A stretch of 32,242 nucleotides of DNA, taken from sequence record SRR31156797_864. One strand, 5' to 3'. Under the pieces are notes generated by a model that was not told where the DNA came from, searched no databases, and saw only the letters and a list, made by a program, of their open reading frames with translations. Made by a program: the position numbers and the translations under genes. Numbering within the stretch: position 1 is the stretch's first letter; each line of letters begins with the position of its first letter. Shown in pieces: positions 10,314 to 19,982 of the stretch.

Positions 10314-10579
10314 AAAAAACCTCCGTTTATATAAATTTAAAAATATTAGTTACTATTAATATTATGCACTAATAAGTATACATGAATAAAAGCTGCTTCG
10401 CAAGTTTTCGTAACCCGGTGAGTAATCCGGTGAGTAACTGTTCACTCAAAACATTTGTCAGTATACAGTATTTGTTTTTCTTTGATGATTAGTCACATAT
10501 TTTAGTATTCCAATAATAAATAGTAATTATTTTCTTGTGAGATAAATATAAATATATATGTCACTAATGCATAAGGAAT

Positions 10580-11053
10580 TTGAAAGGACAACAAATGAAA
10601 TACTTACTAATGATAATCATGTTCGCATCGTGCATTATAATTTCATCATTATTTAATAAATCAAAGAGAGACAGAGGCTGTGTATTAAGTGCTATAAAAG
10701 ATTCTACCAAAACGTGTGAAATCTCTCTTTATTTCGAGAATCTTAGCTCTGGCAGCAGTAAATACCTGATTTCTATGAGGAAATATCTTTCTAAACTAAT
10801 ACAAGGGAAGTCAACCGTAGTAGAAGCTCATGATGAAATAATAAAATCCATGCCAAATATATTTAATAAAAGCAATGACTCTGCATTCTTGATGAAATAC
10901 TTAAATGCAGTTATTGATTCTGCAGACAAAAAAATGCGTGAAAGCATTTCCTTAAGGTGCGAAAAACTAATCATGCAGAACAAAGATGAGATTAAGACAA
11001 ACCTCTATATAGCAATCGCAATCGCAGTAATTCTGGTAATTCTGGCTATATAG
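10580..11053 (+). CDS. spoIIIAB: Highly diverged SpoIIIAB-like protein
   Basis: N- and C-terminal TM helices around a soluble helical domain, about 155 aa, immediately before spoIIIAC. Assigned mostly by topology and position. The start may be ATG 10595. Confidence 0.6.
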   Translation: MKGQQMKYLLMIIMFASCIIISSLFNKSKRDRGCVLSAIKDSTKTCEISLYFENLSSGSSKYLISMRKYLSKLIQGKSTVVEAHDEIIKSMPNIFNKSNDSAFLMKYLNAVIDSADKKMRESISLRCEKLIMQNKDEIKTNLYIAIAIAVILVILAI

Positions 11054-11092
11054 CCAGCTAAACTAACAAAGGATAGATATAAGGTAAAATTA

Positions 11093-11290
11093 ATGGACAT
11101 CTCACTAGTATTCAAGATAGCCTCTATAGGGATAGCTGTTGCTGTTCTAAATATGCTGCTAGAAAATGTAAACCGCAAGGAAATAGCTACCATCACATCA
11201 ATGGCAGGACTAATAGTCGCACTATATCTAATCATACAAATGATTAATCAGCTGATTAATGAAGTGCAGAATGTATTCTATCTGCAATGA
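11093..11290 (+). CDS. spoIIIAC: Stage III sporulation protein AC
   Basis: MDISLVFKIA.IGI.VAVLN.LL....R.E.A....AGL signature; 65 aa. Confidence 0.93.
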   Translation: MDISLVFKIASIGIAVAVLNMLLENVNRKEIATITSMAGLIVALYLIIQMINQLINEVQNVFYLQ

Positions 11291-11676
11291 CTTTTATTAT
11301 CAAGATGTTTGGTGTTTCCATCTTTGCAGCATTTATTAGTGCAGTACTAAAGAAGTCCAATCCTGCCCTAGCCAATCTTGTACTTTTAGCCTCTGCACTT
11401 ACGATACTTCTAGCACTAATTTCTCCAATAGTTGTTCTTATCAATTCAATAAAAGAAATTTCTAATACAGCTGGCATTGACAATGAATATATATATGCCA
11501 TGCTGCAGGTCACAGGATGCGGAATTATTCTTAAGCTGCTTTTGGCATTTCTGGGAGACACAGGAGGCGAAAGTCTGAAATTCGCAGTAGAGATAGGAGG
11601 AAGAATTTGCTTAATACTAATTGCTTTGCCCTACATTATGCAGGCATTAAACATATTAGGCTCATTACTACAGTAG
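11287..11676 (+). CDS. spoIIIAD: Stage III sporulation protein AD
   Basis: 129 aa with LKK.NP, GID.EY, D.G..SL...VEIGGR..LI.IALP; ATGA overlap with AC. Confidence 0.88.
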   Translation: MTFIIKMFGVSIFAAFISAVLKKSNPALANLVLLASALTILLALISPIVVLINSIKEISNTAGIDNEYIYAMLQVTGCGIILKLLLAFLGDTGGESLKFAVEIGGRICLILIALPYIMQALNILGSLLQ

Positions 11677-12791
11677 CCACTATTATCCTACTATCTTTCT
11701 TTTCACCATCAGCCAAAGCAGAGGACGATGAAGGTCCTGATATCGATAACGCAATGGAGATTATTGATTTCGAAGACGCTGACAGATACATTAGTGATAT
11801 GAATTTATCAGAAGATATCTCTTTGAAGGAAATAATAAAACAGGTAATTGAATCTGGTTATAGCATGGATGTCATTGTACAGCAGCTAAATATAAGAGAA
11901 AATATAAAAAACTTAAGAACGACCTTCATTTCTTTGACTTGTACCTTAATATTTATTATGCTTGCGTGCAATTTGGTGAACAGCATTTCCGTAAGCGGTA
12001 ATAATATTGTAGAGTTCATATCAATTATCTTTGTAATATTAATTTCACTGCCGGCTATCAGAGACTGCGCCAATGCCGCTACCTTAATCTATAATGAAAT
12101 CTCACGATTTTCTTCGGTTATGATGCCTCTTTTATGCACTATTTTAACTATCATGGGCGGAATAGGTTCAGCAGGATTAACCAGCGCTTTGGTTCTATTG
12201 GTTGATACTACTTTAATGGAAATAATTATAAATATTATTATGCCTCTTATAACTATTGCTGTGGCTATTGCATTAGTATCACCATTATCAAGCCGTACAT
12301 ATTTAGCTTCTATCAGTTCCTTAATATCATCTGTAATAAAATGGGCATTAGGAATATGCGTAACAATAATCACTACAGTGTTTTCTATTCGGGCAGCATC
12401 TCTCGCAGCAGCCGATGGTATTATGCTCAAAACAGCAGAATATGCCATCGGTGATTTAGTTCCTGTTGTTGGCAGGAGTATTTCAAAGATTACAGGAGTG
12501 ATGATGGGAGGCATTGTAATGGTTAAGAATGCTTTTGGTTCAATATCAATTATTATATTAATATCCAGATGCCTTTATCCTATTGCTATTATTCTTTTAT
12601 ATCTTTTCGCTTACAAAATCGCTTCCTCAATTGCCCTTTTATTCGACAACAAAAAAATACATCAATTATGCACATCTATATCAACGGGAATAACGCTGTA
12701 CTTAGTGGTTGCAGTCTCAGTAGTTGTTATCATAATTGTTATTATTATAACTTCAGTATCAGCAGCAAACAGAATTATGACATATATTTAG
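11607..12791 (+). CDS. spoIIIAE: Stage III sporulation protein AE
   Basis: Polytopic membrane protein with KTA.Y.IG..VPVVGR.IS and VKNAFG motifs. TTG start with AGGAGG at 11595-11600 and a 70-nt overlap with AD. Confidence 0.9.
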   Translation: MLNTNCFALHYAGIKHIRLITTVATIILLSFFSPSAKAEDDEGPDIDNAMEIIDFEDADRYISDMNLSEDISLKEIIKQVIESGYSMDVIVQQLNIRENIKNLRTTFISLTCTLIFIMLACNLVNSISVSGNNIVEFISIIFVILISLPAIRDCANAATLIYNEISRFSSVMMPLLCTILTIMGGIGSAGLTSALVLLVDTTLMEIIINIIMPLITIAVAIALVSPLSSRTYLASISSLISSVIKWALGICVTIITTVFSIRAASLAAADGIMLKTAEYAIGDLVPVVGRSISKITGVMMGGIVMVKNAFGSISIIILISRCLYPIAIILLYLFAYKIASSIALLFDNKKIHQLCTSISTGITLYLVVAVSVVVIIIVIIITSVSAANRIMTYI

Positions 12792-12798
12792 GTGAAAT

Positions 12799-13077
12799 AT
12801 GCTATATAAGATTATTATGATTATTGTTGGCTTTGAAATAATTGATTTTATAATCAGAGCAATACTGCCAGACAATAAATTAGATTCATCAATAAATAAT
12901 GCTGTTAATATGATAATTTTTGCCAGCATCGTAATCCTTTGCACAAATATTATTATGAACAACAGCTTCAATCTCTTCTCACCTGATAGCATCTCTTGGT
13001 CAGATGATATTCACTTGGCAGATTTTCAGGATTATATCAATACATATAAGAAAATAATATCAAATGCATTGGAATAG
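12799..13077 (+). CDS. spoIIIAF: Truncated SpoIIIAF-like protein (92 aa)
   Basis: Two N-terminal TM helices separated by ILPD.K, the typical AF N-terminus; located between AE and AG. Confidence 0.6.
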   Translation: MLYKIIMIIVGFEIIDFIIRAILPDNKLDSSINNAVNMIIFASIVILCTNIIMNNSFNLFSPDSISWSDDIHLADFQDYINTYKKIISNALE

Positions 13078-13132
13078 TTTCATATACGTCATACATATAT
13101 ATACATATGTAAGTCACTAAATGGAGAAAGTA

Positions 13133-13534
13133 ATGGATATACTAAAGAAAATTTCGTCTCTGGTCGGCAGCGAGAATAAGACTGTAATTGCTGTCTTAAT
13201 AGCCATAGTAATACTTTGCTTTGGTCTGATATTTTTTGCTGGTGACAGAGGCATAGATACCAGTAATTCATTAAACACTGTAAAATCATCAAATAATGTC
13301 AATGACGATGATTTTGCAAATGTTCTCTCCAACATTGATGGAGCTGGACAGGTGAGCCTTTTTGTGACTTATGTAGATGCTGACAATACTCAGGTAAAGG
13401 GGGTAATCATAGTAGCAGAGGGAGCAGATGATATTGATGTAGTTATTAAGCTCCAGTCAGCTGCTGCTACTGCATATGGTATCAGCGTCGACCAAATCGA
13501 AGTATTTCAAATGAAAGGGGTAAGCACACAGTGA
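13133..13534 (+). CDS. spoIIIAG: Short SpoIIIAG-like protein
   Basis: A TM helix followed by VLS.IDGAG.V.LFVT and V.GVIIVAEGAD motifs. GGAG RBS before ATG 13133 (the ORF track start is 13121). Confidence 0.85.
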   Translation: MDILKKISSLVGSENKTVIAVLIAIVILCFGLIFFAGDRGIDTSNSLNTVKSSNNVNDDDFANVLSNIDGAGQVSLFVTYVDADNTQVKGVIIVAEGADDIDVVIKLQSAAATAYGISVDQIEVFQMKGVSTQ

Positions 13535-14070
13535 AAGTTACAGTACTTAATAAAAAGACATTAACAATTATAGGACTTGTTGCAATGCTGATAGTTGCAG
13601 CTATTATAAACGTTGCCATGAAAGGGAAAAAGGTTAATCAATCCGGAAGTGGAAGTATTACAGACCCTGAATCCCAAGGTATTGAAAATGAAGAAGTTGA
13701 AACCGCCTCAAGTATATCCTCATCATTAGCTCTTGAAAAATATGAGCTGGAGAGAAAAAGCAGGATCGAGGAAGAAATTCAATATCTGGATGAACTGATT
13801 AACAACGAAAGCACTGATAAGGAAACATTGAAAACTGCTACTGAGCAGAAAATGCTCTTGATGAATAACCTTAATACTGAGCAGACTATTGCCGAGCTTT
13901 TAGTTGCAAAAGGCTTTGCTGGCGTTACTGTTGTCTGCGGCAGTGAGACAGTAAATATTATAGTAGCTGACAGCAGTCTGGACGATTCCAAAGTGGCTCA
14001 GATATTAGACGTAACAACAAGGGAGACTTCGATACTGCCGGAAAACATAAAGATAATACCTTTGGATTAA
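13531..14070 (+). CDS. spoIIIAH: Stage III sporulation protein AH
   Basis: N-terminal TM, then LER...I..L.E.IN, E..I..LL.AKGF and V.IIV....L....VAQI.D...RET....NIKIIP ring-building motif. Confidence 0.9.
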   Translation: MKVTVLNKKTLTIIGLVAMLIVAAIINVAMKGKKVNQSGSGSITDPESQGIENEEVETASSISSSLALEKYELERKSRIEEEIQYLDELINNESTDKETLKTATEQKMLLMNNLNTEQTIAELLVAKGFAGVTVVCGSETVNIIVADSSLDDSKVAQILDVTTRETSILPENIKIIPLD

Positions 14071-14113
14071 TATGTTATTTAGTTTATCCAAAGTAATTGC
14101 TGTTATATCTTCC

Positions 14114-14142
14114 TTGATAAAATGTGCTTATTTGTATATAAT
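14114..14142 (+). promoter_or_regulatory. sigma-A promoter of the DsrE-like gene
   Basis: TTGATA-17nt-TATAAT. Confidence 0.7.
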
Positions 14143-14218
14143 ATACATTATAAATTCAGTTGATTATGATGCTCAACTTTGCTGCTAAAGTTGAGCAAAA
14201 ATTACGTAAGGTGCAAAT

Positions 14219-14557
14219 ATGAGTACATTAAACCTACTGTGGACATCAGATTCACCGGATGCAGCCATGCTTTTTATCAGAGAGTACGCCACTCAATCCT
14301 CAGCTTATAAATGGTGGGACAAAGTAAGAATCATCATATGGGGCGGCTCTGTCAGGCTGATTAAAGACAACAAATACATACAAGTCAGTATCATGCAAAT
14401 GATTCAATTGGGTATTGAGGTAGTAGCTGACAAAAACTGTGTAGAGTCTTTGGATGCTGCCGCTTTGTTTGATAACCTTGAAATAGATATTAAATATATG
14501 GGGAAAGAATTAACTGATTTAATAAATGATGATACCCAAAAAATAATTACGATTTAG
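14219..14557 (+). CDS. DsrE-family protein
   Basis: L.LLWTS, Y......WWD.V.IIIWG.S.RL and KYMG..LT pattern of small clostridial DsrE-like proteins. Confidence 0.75.
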   Translation: MSTLNLLWTSDSPDAAMLFIREYATQSSAYKWWDKVRIIIWGGSVRLIKDNKYIQVSIMQMIQLGIEVVADKNCVESLDAAALFDNLEIDIKYMGKELTDLINDDTQKIITI

Positions 14558-14855
14558 TTGTTTTGTTAATCATTCTCAATGTATAAAATTTTGCTGCCTA
14601 ATAATATCCACCACCTAATATTACCTATTATTTTTTAATATACTTAAGGCGTATTATCTAAACCTGCAATTGTATAATCAACTTATGTGTGTTTGAAATA
14701 AGATTCTCTAAGAATATTATTATATATAATGCTTTCTTACTCATTAACTATGAATTATTTGCGCACCATTTCTTTCAATTATATAATTTATGGTATACCA
14801 TTTGCTTTATTTTCGACTAATTATGTTAATTATATGAAATTTTTCTTTTTCGTTC

Positions 14856-14884
14856 TTGCATATTTATGTAAAAGCAAGTATTAT
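14856..14884 (+). promoter_or_regulatory. Probable sigma-A promoter of the aminotransferase gene
   Basis: TTGCAT-17nt-TATTAT. Confidence 0.5.
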
Positions 14885-14918
14885 AATCTAATATAATAAT
14901 CAGTAAAGGAAAAGTAAA

Positions 14919-16202
14919 ATGCCGAATTTCAAATCAAAAACAAAAGCTGAGTTATTGGAACTTCGTAGTCATACTCAAAAAAGATACGACAATTTCAAAT
15001 CAAAAAATCTACAGCTTGACATGTCAAGGGGCAAACCAGGCGCTGATCAGTTGGATATATCTATGCCTATGCTGAATACTCTTTCATCAGAGGAAATATC
15101 CAAAAGTCAGAACGGCTTTGATTGCCGTAATTATGGATTGCTAGATGGTATAGAGGAAGCCAAAGAGCTGTTTGCCAATCTTCTTTATGTTGAATCAAAC
15201 GAAATTATGATAGGCGGAAATTCCAGTCTGAACTTGATGTTTGATACTATTGTAAGAGCTATGAACTTCGGTACTTCAGAGAATTCACTTCCTTGGTCAA
15301 AACAGGGAAAAATAAAATTCTTGTGTCCAAGTCCTGGATATGACAGGCATTTTGCTATTTGTGAGCTATTTGATATAGAGATGATATTAATTGATATGCA
15401 CAGTGATGGTCCTGATATGGATGCAATAAGAAAGCATGTGGAAACCGACTCTAGCGTTAAAGGTATATGGTGTGTACCCAAGTATTCTAATCCTGATGGC
15501 ATAACATATTCTGATAAAAAGGTAATTGAGTTTTCTCAGCTAAAACCTGCAGCAGATGATTTTCGGATATTCTGGGACAATGCCTATTCAGTTCATGACC
15601 TGTACGATGATACTGATGATGTGCATAATATTTTGAAAGCTTGCAAAGAAAACAGTAATCCTGATATGGTATATATATACGCTTCAACATCAAAGATTAC
15701 ATTCCCAGGCAGCGGTATTGCTATTATGTCCACCAGTGAGAAGAATATTGAATATACTAAGTCCATAGTCTCCAAGCAGACAATAGGATCAAACAAGCTA
15801 AATCAATTAATGCATGTGAAATTCCTAAAAGATGTTGAAGGCATAAAGTGTCATATGAAAAAGCACGCTGAAATACTTAGACCAAAGTTTGAAGCTGTGC
15901 TAAACAGACTAAGTGAGGAACTATCAGGTACAGGATTAGCCCAGTGGAATAAGCCAAGAGGCGGATACTTTGTCAGCCTCAATGTCCTAGATAATACTGC
16001 TAAAAAGATAGTTGCAATGGCAAAAGATGCTGGAGTGAAGCTAACACCTGCTGGCGCTACCTTCCCATATGGCAATGACCCTAAGGATAGAAATATTCGT
16101 ATTGCTCCAACATTCCCTAGCTTGGATGAATTGAATATGGCTATTGAATTGCTATGTATATGCGTACTAATTTGTGGAATTGATAAACTGCTAAGCGAAT
16201 AG
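14919..16202 (+). CDS. PLP-dependent aminotransferase, class I/II fold (AspT/Rv3722c-like aspartate aminotransferase family)
   Basis: LDMSRGKP, PGYDRHF, WCVPKYSNPDG, FWDNAY, STSKITF (PLP lysine) and NIRIAPT motifs. Confidence 0.9.
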   Translation: MPNFKSKTKAELLELRSHTQKRYDNFKSKNLQLDMSRGKPGADQLDISMPMLNTLSSEEISKSQNGFDCRNYGLLDGIEEAKELFANLLYVESNEIMIGGNSSLNLMFDTIVRAMNFGTSENSLPWSKQGKIKFLCPSPGYDRHFAICELFDIEMILIDMHSDGPDMDAIRKHVETDSSVKGIWCVPKYSNPDGITYSDKKVIEFSQLKPAADDFRIFWDNAYSVHDLYDDTDDVHNILKACKENSNPDMVYIYASTSKITFPGSGIAIMSTSEKNIEYTKSIVSKQTIGSNKLNQLMHVKFLKDVEGIKCHMKKHAEILRPKFEAVLNRLSEELSGTGLAQWNKPRGGYFVSLNVLDNTAKKIVAMAKDAGVKLTPAGATFPYGNDPKDRNIRIAPTFPSLDELNMAIELLCICVLICGIDKLLSE

Positions 16203-16292
16203 ATTCTGATACAAATATTTAATATAAATTAATTGCTTTAACTGCTATTAATGCTGTTATAAAATGGACTATACTAGTTGTATTATGGAATT

Positions 16293-16330
16293 AAAAAGTG
16301 AACTATCAATTTTATAAGATAGTTCACTTT
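16293..16330. terminator. Bidirectional terminator between the aminotransferase gene and adhE
   Basis: AAAGTGAACTATC...GATAGTTCACTTT, 13-bp stem. Confidence 0.8.
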
Positions 16331-16411
16331 ATGTTTATTTCTGCGGTTATGGTTTTGTACAAAATTATTTCAGTTTACATATAAACAAGGCTTTAGTTAA
16401 TTATCCTATCT

Positions 16412-18979
16412 CTAACCTTTAAAAGCATTAATGTACATTTGTTTTATCTCGCTTATCAGAGGATAGCGTGGATTTGCACCTGTACATTGGTCATCAAACG
16501 CCTGCTCGCACATATCATCTAGGTTAGCATAGAATGCTGCTTCGCTTACTCCAGCAGCTTCAATTGATTTAGGAATATCCACTTTGTTTTTCAAATCATC
16601 TATAGCTTTTATTAATAATTCTACTTTGTCATCCAGTGTTTTTCCGCCTAATTGAAGATAATCAGCAATCTTTCCATAGCGCATTTTAATATCAGGATAC
16701 TTATACTGAGGGAATGCTGCCTGCTTCCTTGGGTTATCTACTGCATTAAATCTGATCACCTCATTTATCAGCAATGCATTGGCTATGCCATGAGGAATAT
16801 GATGCATTGAACCTAATTTATGAGCCATTGAGTGACATACTCCCAAGAATGCATTGGCAAATGCCATACCTGCTATACATGATGCGTGCGCCATCTTCTC
16901 ACGAGCCTTAATATCATTAGTTCCATTCTCATACGCAGCAGGCAGATATTTGAAAATTAATCTAATAGCTTCTAGTGCCTGACCATTTGTGTATTCTGAT
17001 GCCATAATAGATACCATAGCCTCTATAGCATGAGTTAGTGCGTCAATACCTGATGCTGCTGTTAAGCTCTTTGGCATATTCATCATCAATGCAGCATCTA
17101 CAATTGCCATTGTTGGCATTAGTTCATAGTCTGCTAATGGATACTTAATACTAGTTTTCTCATCTGTAATTACAGCAAATGGAGTAACTTCACTGCCAGT
17201 ACCTGCTGATGTTGGAACAGCTACAAAATCCGCCTTCTGCCCCATTTTCGGGAATTTGAACACTCTCTTTTTGATATCCATGAATCTCATTGCCAAGTCT
17301 TCGAATTTGACATCTGGATGTTCATACAGCAACCACATGATTTTTGCTGCATCCATTGGTGAGCCGCCGCCTAAGGCAATGATTACATCAGGCTTAAATA
17401 CTGCCATTTCCTCCGCACCTTTTCTGGCAGTTTCTAGGGTTGGGTCAGGATTAACATCGTAGAATATCTTTGAATCAATATTCATGTCTCTTAACGTTTC
17501 TTCTATGCTGTCTGTGAATCCAAGGTCAAAAAGAGTCTTGTCAGTTACAATAAAGGCACGTTTTTTGTCATCTTCCTTCAGTTCTTCCAGTGCAACTTCC
17601 AGACAACCATATTTAAAATATACCTTCTTCGGCACTCTGTACCACAACATATTCTCCCGCCTTTCTGCTACATTCTTTATATTCAGCAAATGCTTAACTC
17701 CGACATTCTCACTAACTGAGTTGCCTCCCCATGAGCCGCAGCCAAGTGTCAGAGATGGTGCTAATTTGAAGTTGTACAGGTCACCGATGGCACCTTGCGA
17801 TGACGGCATATTAATAATAGTTCTGCCAGTTTTCATAGCAGAAGAGAATTTATCAATCCTGTCCTGATTTTTTGTCTGATCAGTATAAAGTACTGATGTG
17901 TGTCCAAGACCACCTAATTCGATTAGGCGAACTGCTTTCGCAATAGCTGTATCAAATGTCTTTGCTTTGTACATTGCTAGGATTGGTGAAAGTTTTTCGA
18001 ATGAGAAAGGCTCATCAGATTCTGTTGATGTAACTTCTCCTATTAATACTTTGGTATCATCTGGTATAGTAATGCCTGCCATCTTTGCCAAAGTCAATGC
18101 ACTCTGTCCTACTATTTGTGCGTTTATCTTTCCATCTTTTAAGATTATTGCACGAACTTTGTCTATCTCATCTTTCTTTAGGATATATCCGCCTCGTGCA
18201 CTAAATTCCCTTTTAACCTGTGTGTAAACTTTATCCATCACTATAACTGCCTGTTCGGACGCACATATTACTCCATTATCAAAACTCTTTGATAAGAGAA
18301 TAGAAGATACTGCCATCTTAATATGAGCTGTTTCATCAATAATAGCTGGTGTATTGCCCGCGCCTACCCCTATAGCTGGTCTTCCTGATGAATATGCAGC
18401 CTTTACCATGCCTGGTCCGCCTGTAGCAAGGATTAAATCAGCACTTTGCATTAAGTAATTAGTTGCATCAATACTAGGCTTATCAATCCAGGAGATAATA
18501 TTTTCTGGAGCACCAGCATTTACAGCAGCATCATATACTACCTTTGCTGCTGCAATCGTGCAATCCTTTGCTCTGGGGTGTGGAGAAAAAACTATTGCAT
18601 TTCTTGTCTTAAGTGCTATCAAAGCCTTAAAAATTGCTGTAGATGTTGGATTCGTAGTTGGTATAATACCAGCTATCAATCCTATTGGGTCAGCTACCTT
18701 TGTAATGCCAAATGCAGTATCTTTTGATATTACTCCACATGTTTTTTCATCCTTGTACTTGTTGTAGATATATTCAGAAGCAAAGTGGTTTTTTATAACC
18801 TTATCCTCCACCAGCCCCATCTTAGTCTCCTCAACTGCCATTTTTGCAAGTATTATACGGTTGTTATTAGCTGCCATCGCTGCTTCAGTAAATATTGCAT
18901 CCACTTGTTCCTGAGAGAAGGTTGAATATTCTTTCTGTGCTTTTCTTACTGCTTCTAATTGCTTTGCTAGTTTTTCCAT
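16412..18979 (-). CDS. adhE: Bifunctional acetaldehyde-CoA/alcohol dehydrogenase
   Basis: ALDH half ([19 protein letters not shown]), linker [14 protein letters not shown] and Fe-ADH half ([25 protein letters not shown]...HIPHG). Confidence 0.97.
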   Translation of the reverse strand: MEKLAKQLEAVRKAQKEYSTFSQEQVDAIFTEAAMAANNNRIILAKMAVEETKMGLVEDKVIKNHFASEYIYNKYKDEKTCGVISKDTAFGITKVADPIGLIAGIIPTTNPTSTAIFKALIALKTRNAIVFSPHPRAKDCTIAAAKVVYDAAVNAGAPENIISWIDKPSIDATNYLMQSADLILATGGPGMVKAAYSSGRPAIGVGAGNTPAIIDETAHIKMAVSSILLSKSFDNGVICASEQAVIVMDKVYTQVKREFSARGGYILKKDEIDKVRAIILKDGKINAQIVGQSALTLAKMAGITIPDDTKVLIGEVTSTESDEPFSFEKLSPILAMYKAKTFDTAIAKAVRLIELGGLGHTSVLYTDQTKNQDRIDKFSSAMKTGRTIINMPSSQGAIGDLYNFKLAPSLTLGCGSWGGNSVSENVGVKHLLNIKNVAERRENMLWYRVPKKVYFKYGCLEVALEELKEDDKKRAFIVTDKTLFDLGFTDSIEETLRDMNIDSKIFYDVNPDPTLETARKGAEEMAVFKPDVIIALGGGSPMDAAKIMWLLYEHPDVKFEDLAMRFMDIKKRVFKFPKMGQKADFVAVPTSAGTGSEVTPFAVITDEKTSIKYPLADYELMPTMAIVDAALMMNMPKSLTAASGIDALTHAIEAMVSIMASEYTNGQALEAIRLIFKYLPAAYENGTNDIKAREKMAHASCIAGMAFANAFLGVCHSMAHKLGSMHHIPHGIANALLINEVIRFNAVDNPRKQAAFPQYKYPDIKMRYGKIADYLQLGGKTLDDKVELLIKAIDDLKNKVDIPKSIEAAGVSEAAFYANLDDMCEQAFDDQCTGANPRYPLISEIKQMYINAFKG

Positions 18980-19067
18980 ATTTATTTCCTTTCATATATT
19001 CGCAGTGGTCACTTCTAATAGTTGTATCTAGTTAATTTACCATTCGATATATTTTTATCTGTATATC

Positions 19068-19104
19068 TTGTTTATACATTAGCATACATAATTTTAATAG
19101 TCAA
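19068..19104 (-). promoter_or_regulatory. adhE sigma-A promoter with a degenerate Rex box over the -10
   Basis: Minus strand TTGACT-17nt-TAATGT (TG-extended). TTGTTTA-TACA-TTAGCAT at 19068-19085 has 3 mismatches to TTGTTAA-N4-TTAACAA. Confidence 0.55.
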
Positions 19105-19110
19105 TAGATA

Positions 19111-19128
19111 TTGTGAATTATTTCACAA
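19111..19128. promoter_or_regulatory. Rex operator
   Basis: Perfect TTGTGAA-TTAT-TTCACAA between divergent adhE and rex. Confidence 0.9.
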
Positions 19129-19221
19129 TTTATTATGTTACTTTTTATTTTCCCATTTTTTGTCCGTACATATACTAAAAAAAGATCTTTCAAATCAAGG
19201 CAAAATGGATGAATATTACCA

Positions 19222-19250
19222 TTGACAAAAAATTAACAAAAGAGTATAAT
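19222..19250 (+). promoter_or_regulatory. Consensus sigma-A promoter of rex-hydCBA with an overlapping Rex box
   Basis: TTGACA-17nt-TATAAT. 19222-19239 reads TTGACAA-AAAA-TTAACAA (2 mismatches to the clostridial Rex box). Confidence 0.8.
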
Positions 19251-19290
19251 CTTATCGATAACATTTTATCTATATAAAAAGGAGCCTTAT

Positions 19291-19935
19291 ATGTCATATA
19301 GCCAACTTGATAATATTTCAGATGCAACACTCAAAAGGCTACCACAATATTATAGAGAATTGTTGGATATAAAGAAGGAAGGCAAAGAGTTCTTCTCATG
19401 TCCTACATTATCTGAGAAGACAGGATTTCAAAGTATCACTGTACGAAAAGATTTGCAGAAAGCTGGAGCGATTGGCAAGCCAAAGATAGGCTACTCGGTA
19501 AATGATATTCTTAGTTTGCTTTCCATCGTACTTGGTCTAAACAATGACAACAAGGCTGTATTAGTCGGTGCAGGAAATCTTGGCAATGCAATATTAGGAT
19601 ACAGAGGTTTTGTTAACTGCAGCTTAAACATTGTTAATGCATTTGATGTAGATGTAAAGAAAATTAATAAAGAGTACTACGGGAAGAGAGTACTTCCGCT
19701 ATCATCATTAGAGGAAACAATCAAAAAGATCAATGTGAAAATAGGAATAATAACAACACCTCCTAAATATGCTCAGGGAATTACAGACACAATGATTGAC
19801 TCTGGTATCACAGGTATATGGAATTTTTCCCCCCTTAAAATCAGTGTTCCAGAGTCGGTTATAGTTGAAAACGTTGATTTATCTGTATCATTATCAGTAT
19901 TAACCACAAAGCTCAGCGGCAATGCAAGCAAATAA
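19291..19935 (+). CDS. rex: Redox-sensing transcriptional repressor Rex
   Basis: I...TLKRLP.YYR.L, VRKDL...G..GK...GY, LVGAGNLG.A and GIWNFSP motifs. Confidence 0.93.
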   Translation: MSYSQLDNISDATLKRLPQYYRELLDIKKEGKEFFSCPTLSEKTGFQSITVRKDLQKAGAIGKPKIGYSVNDILSLLSIVLGLNNDNKAVLVGAGNLGNAILGYRGFVNCSLNIVNAFDVDVKKINKEYYGKRVLPLSSLEETIKKINVKIGIITTPPKYAQGITDTMIDSGITGIWNFSPLKISVPESVIVENVDLSVSLSVLTTKLSGNASK

Positions 19936-19982
19936 TTTATTTAAATAAGTTAATTAATAATTTTTTATAGAAGGGAAAACAC

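Noticed and set aside
14558-14850. About 300 bp intergenic region with short minus-strand frames, one reading LGSKILYIEND like a receiver-domain start
   Set aside because: No valid start codon and RBS pair, and too short to support homology; no riboswitch motif recognised.
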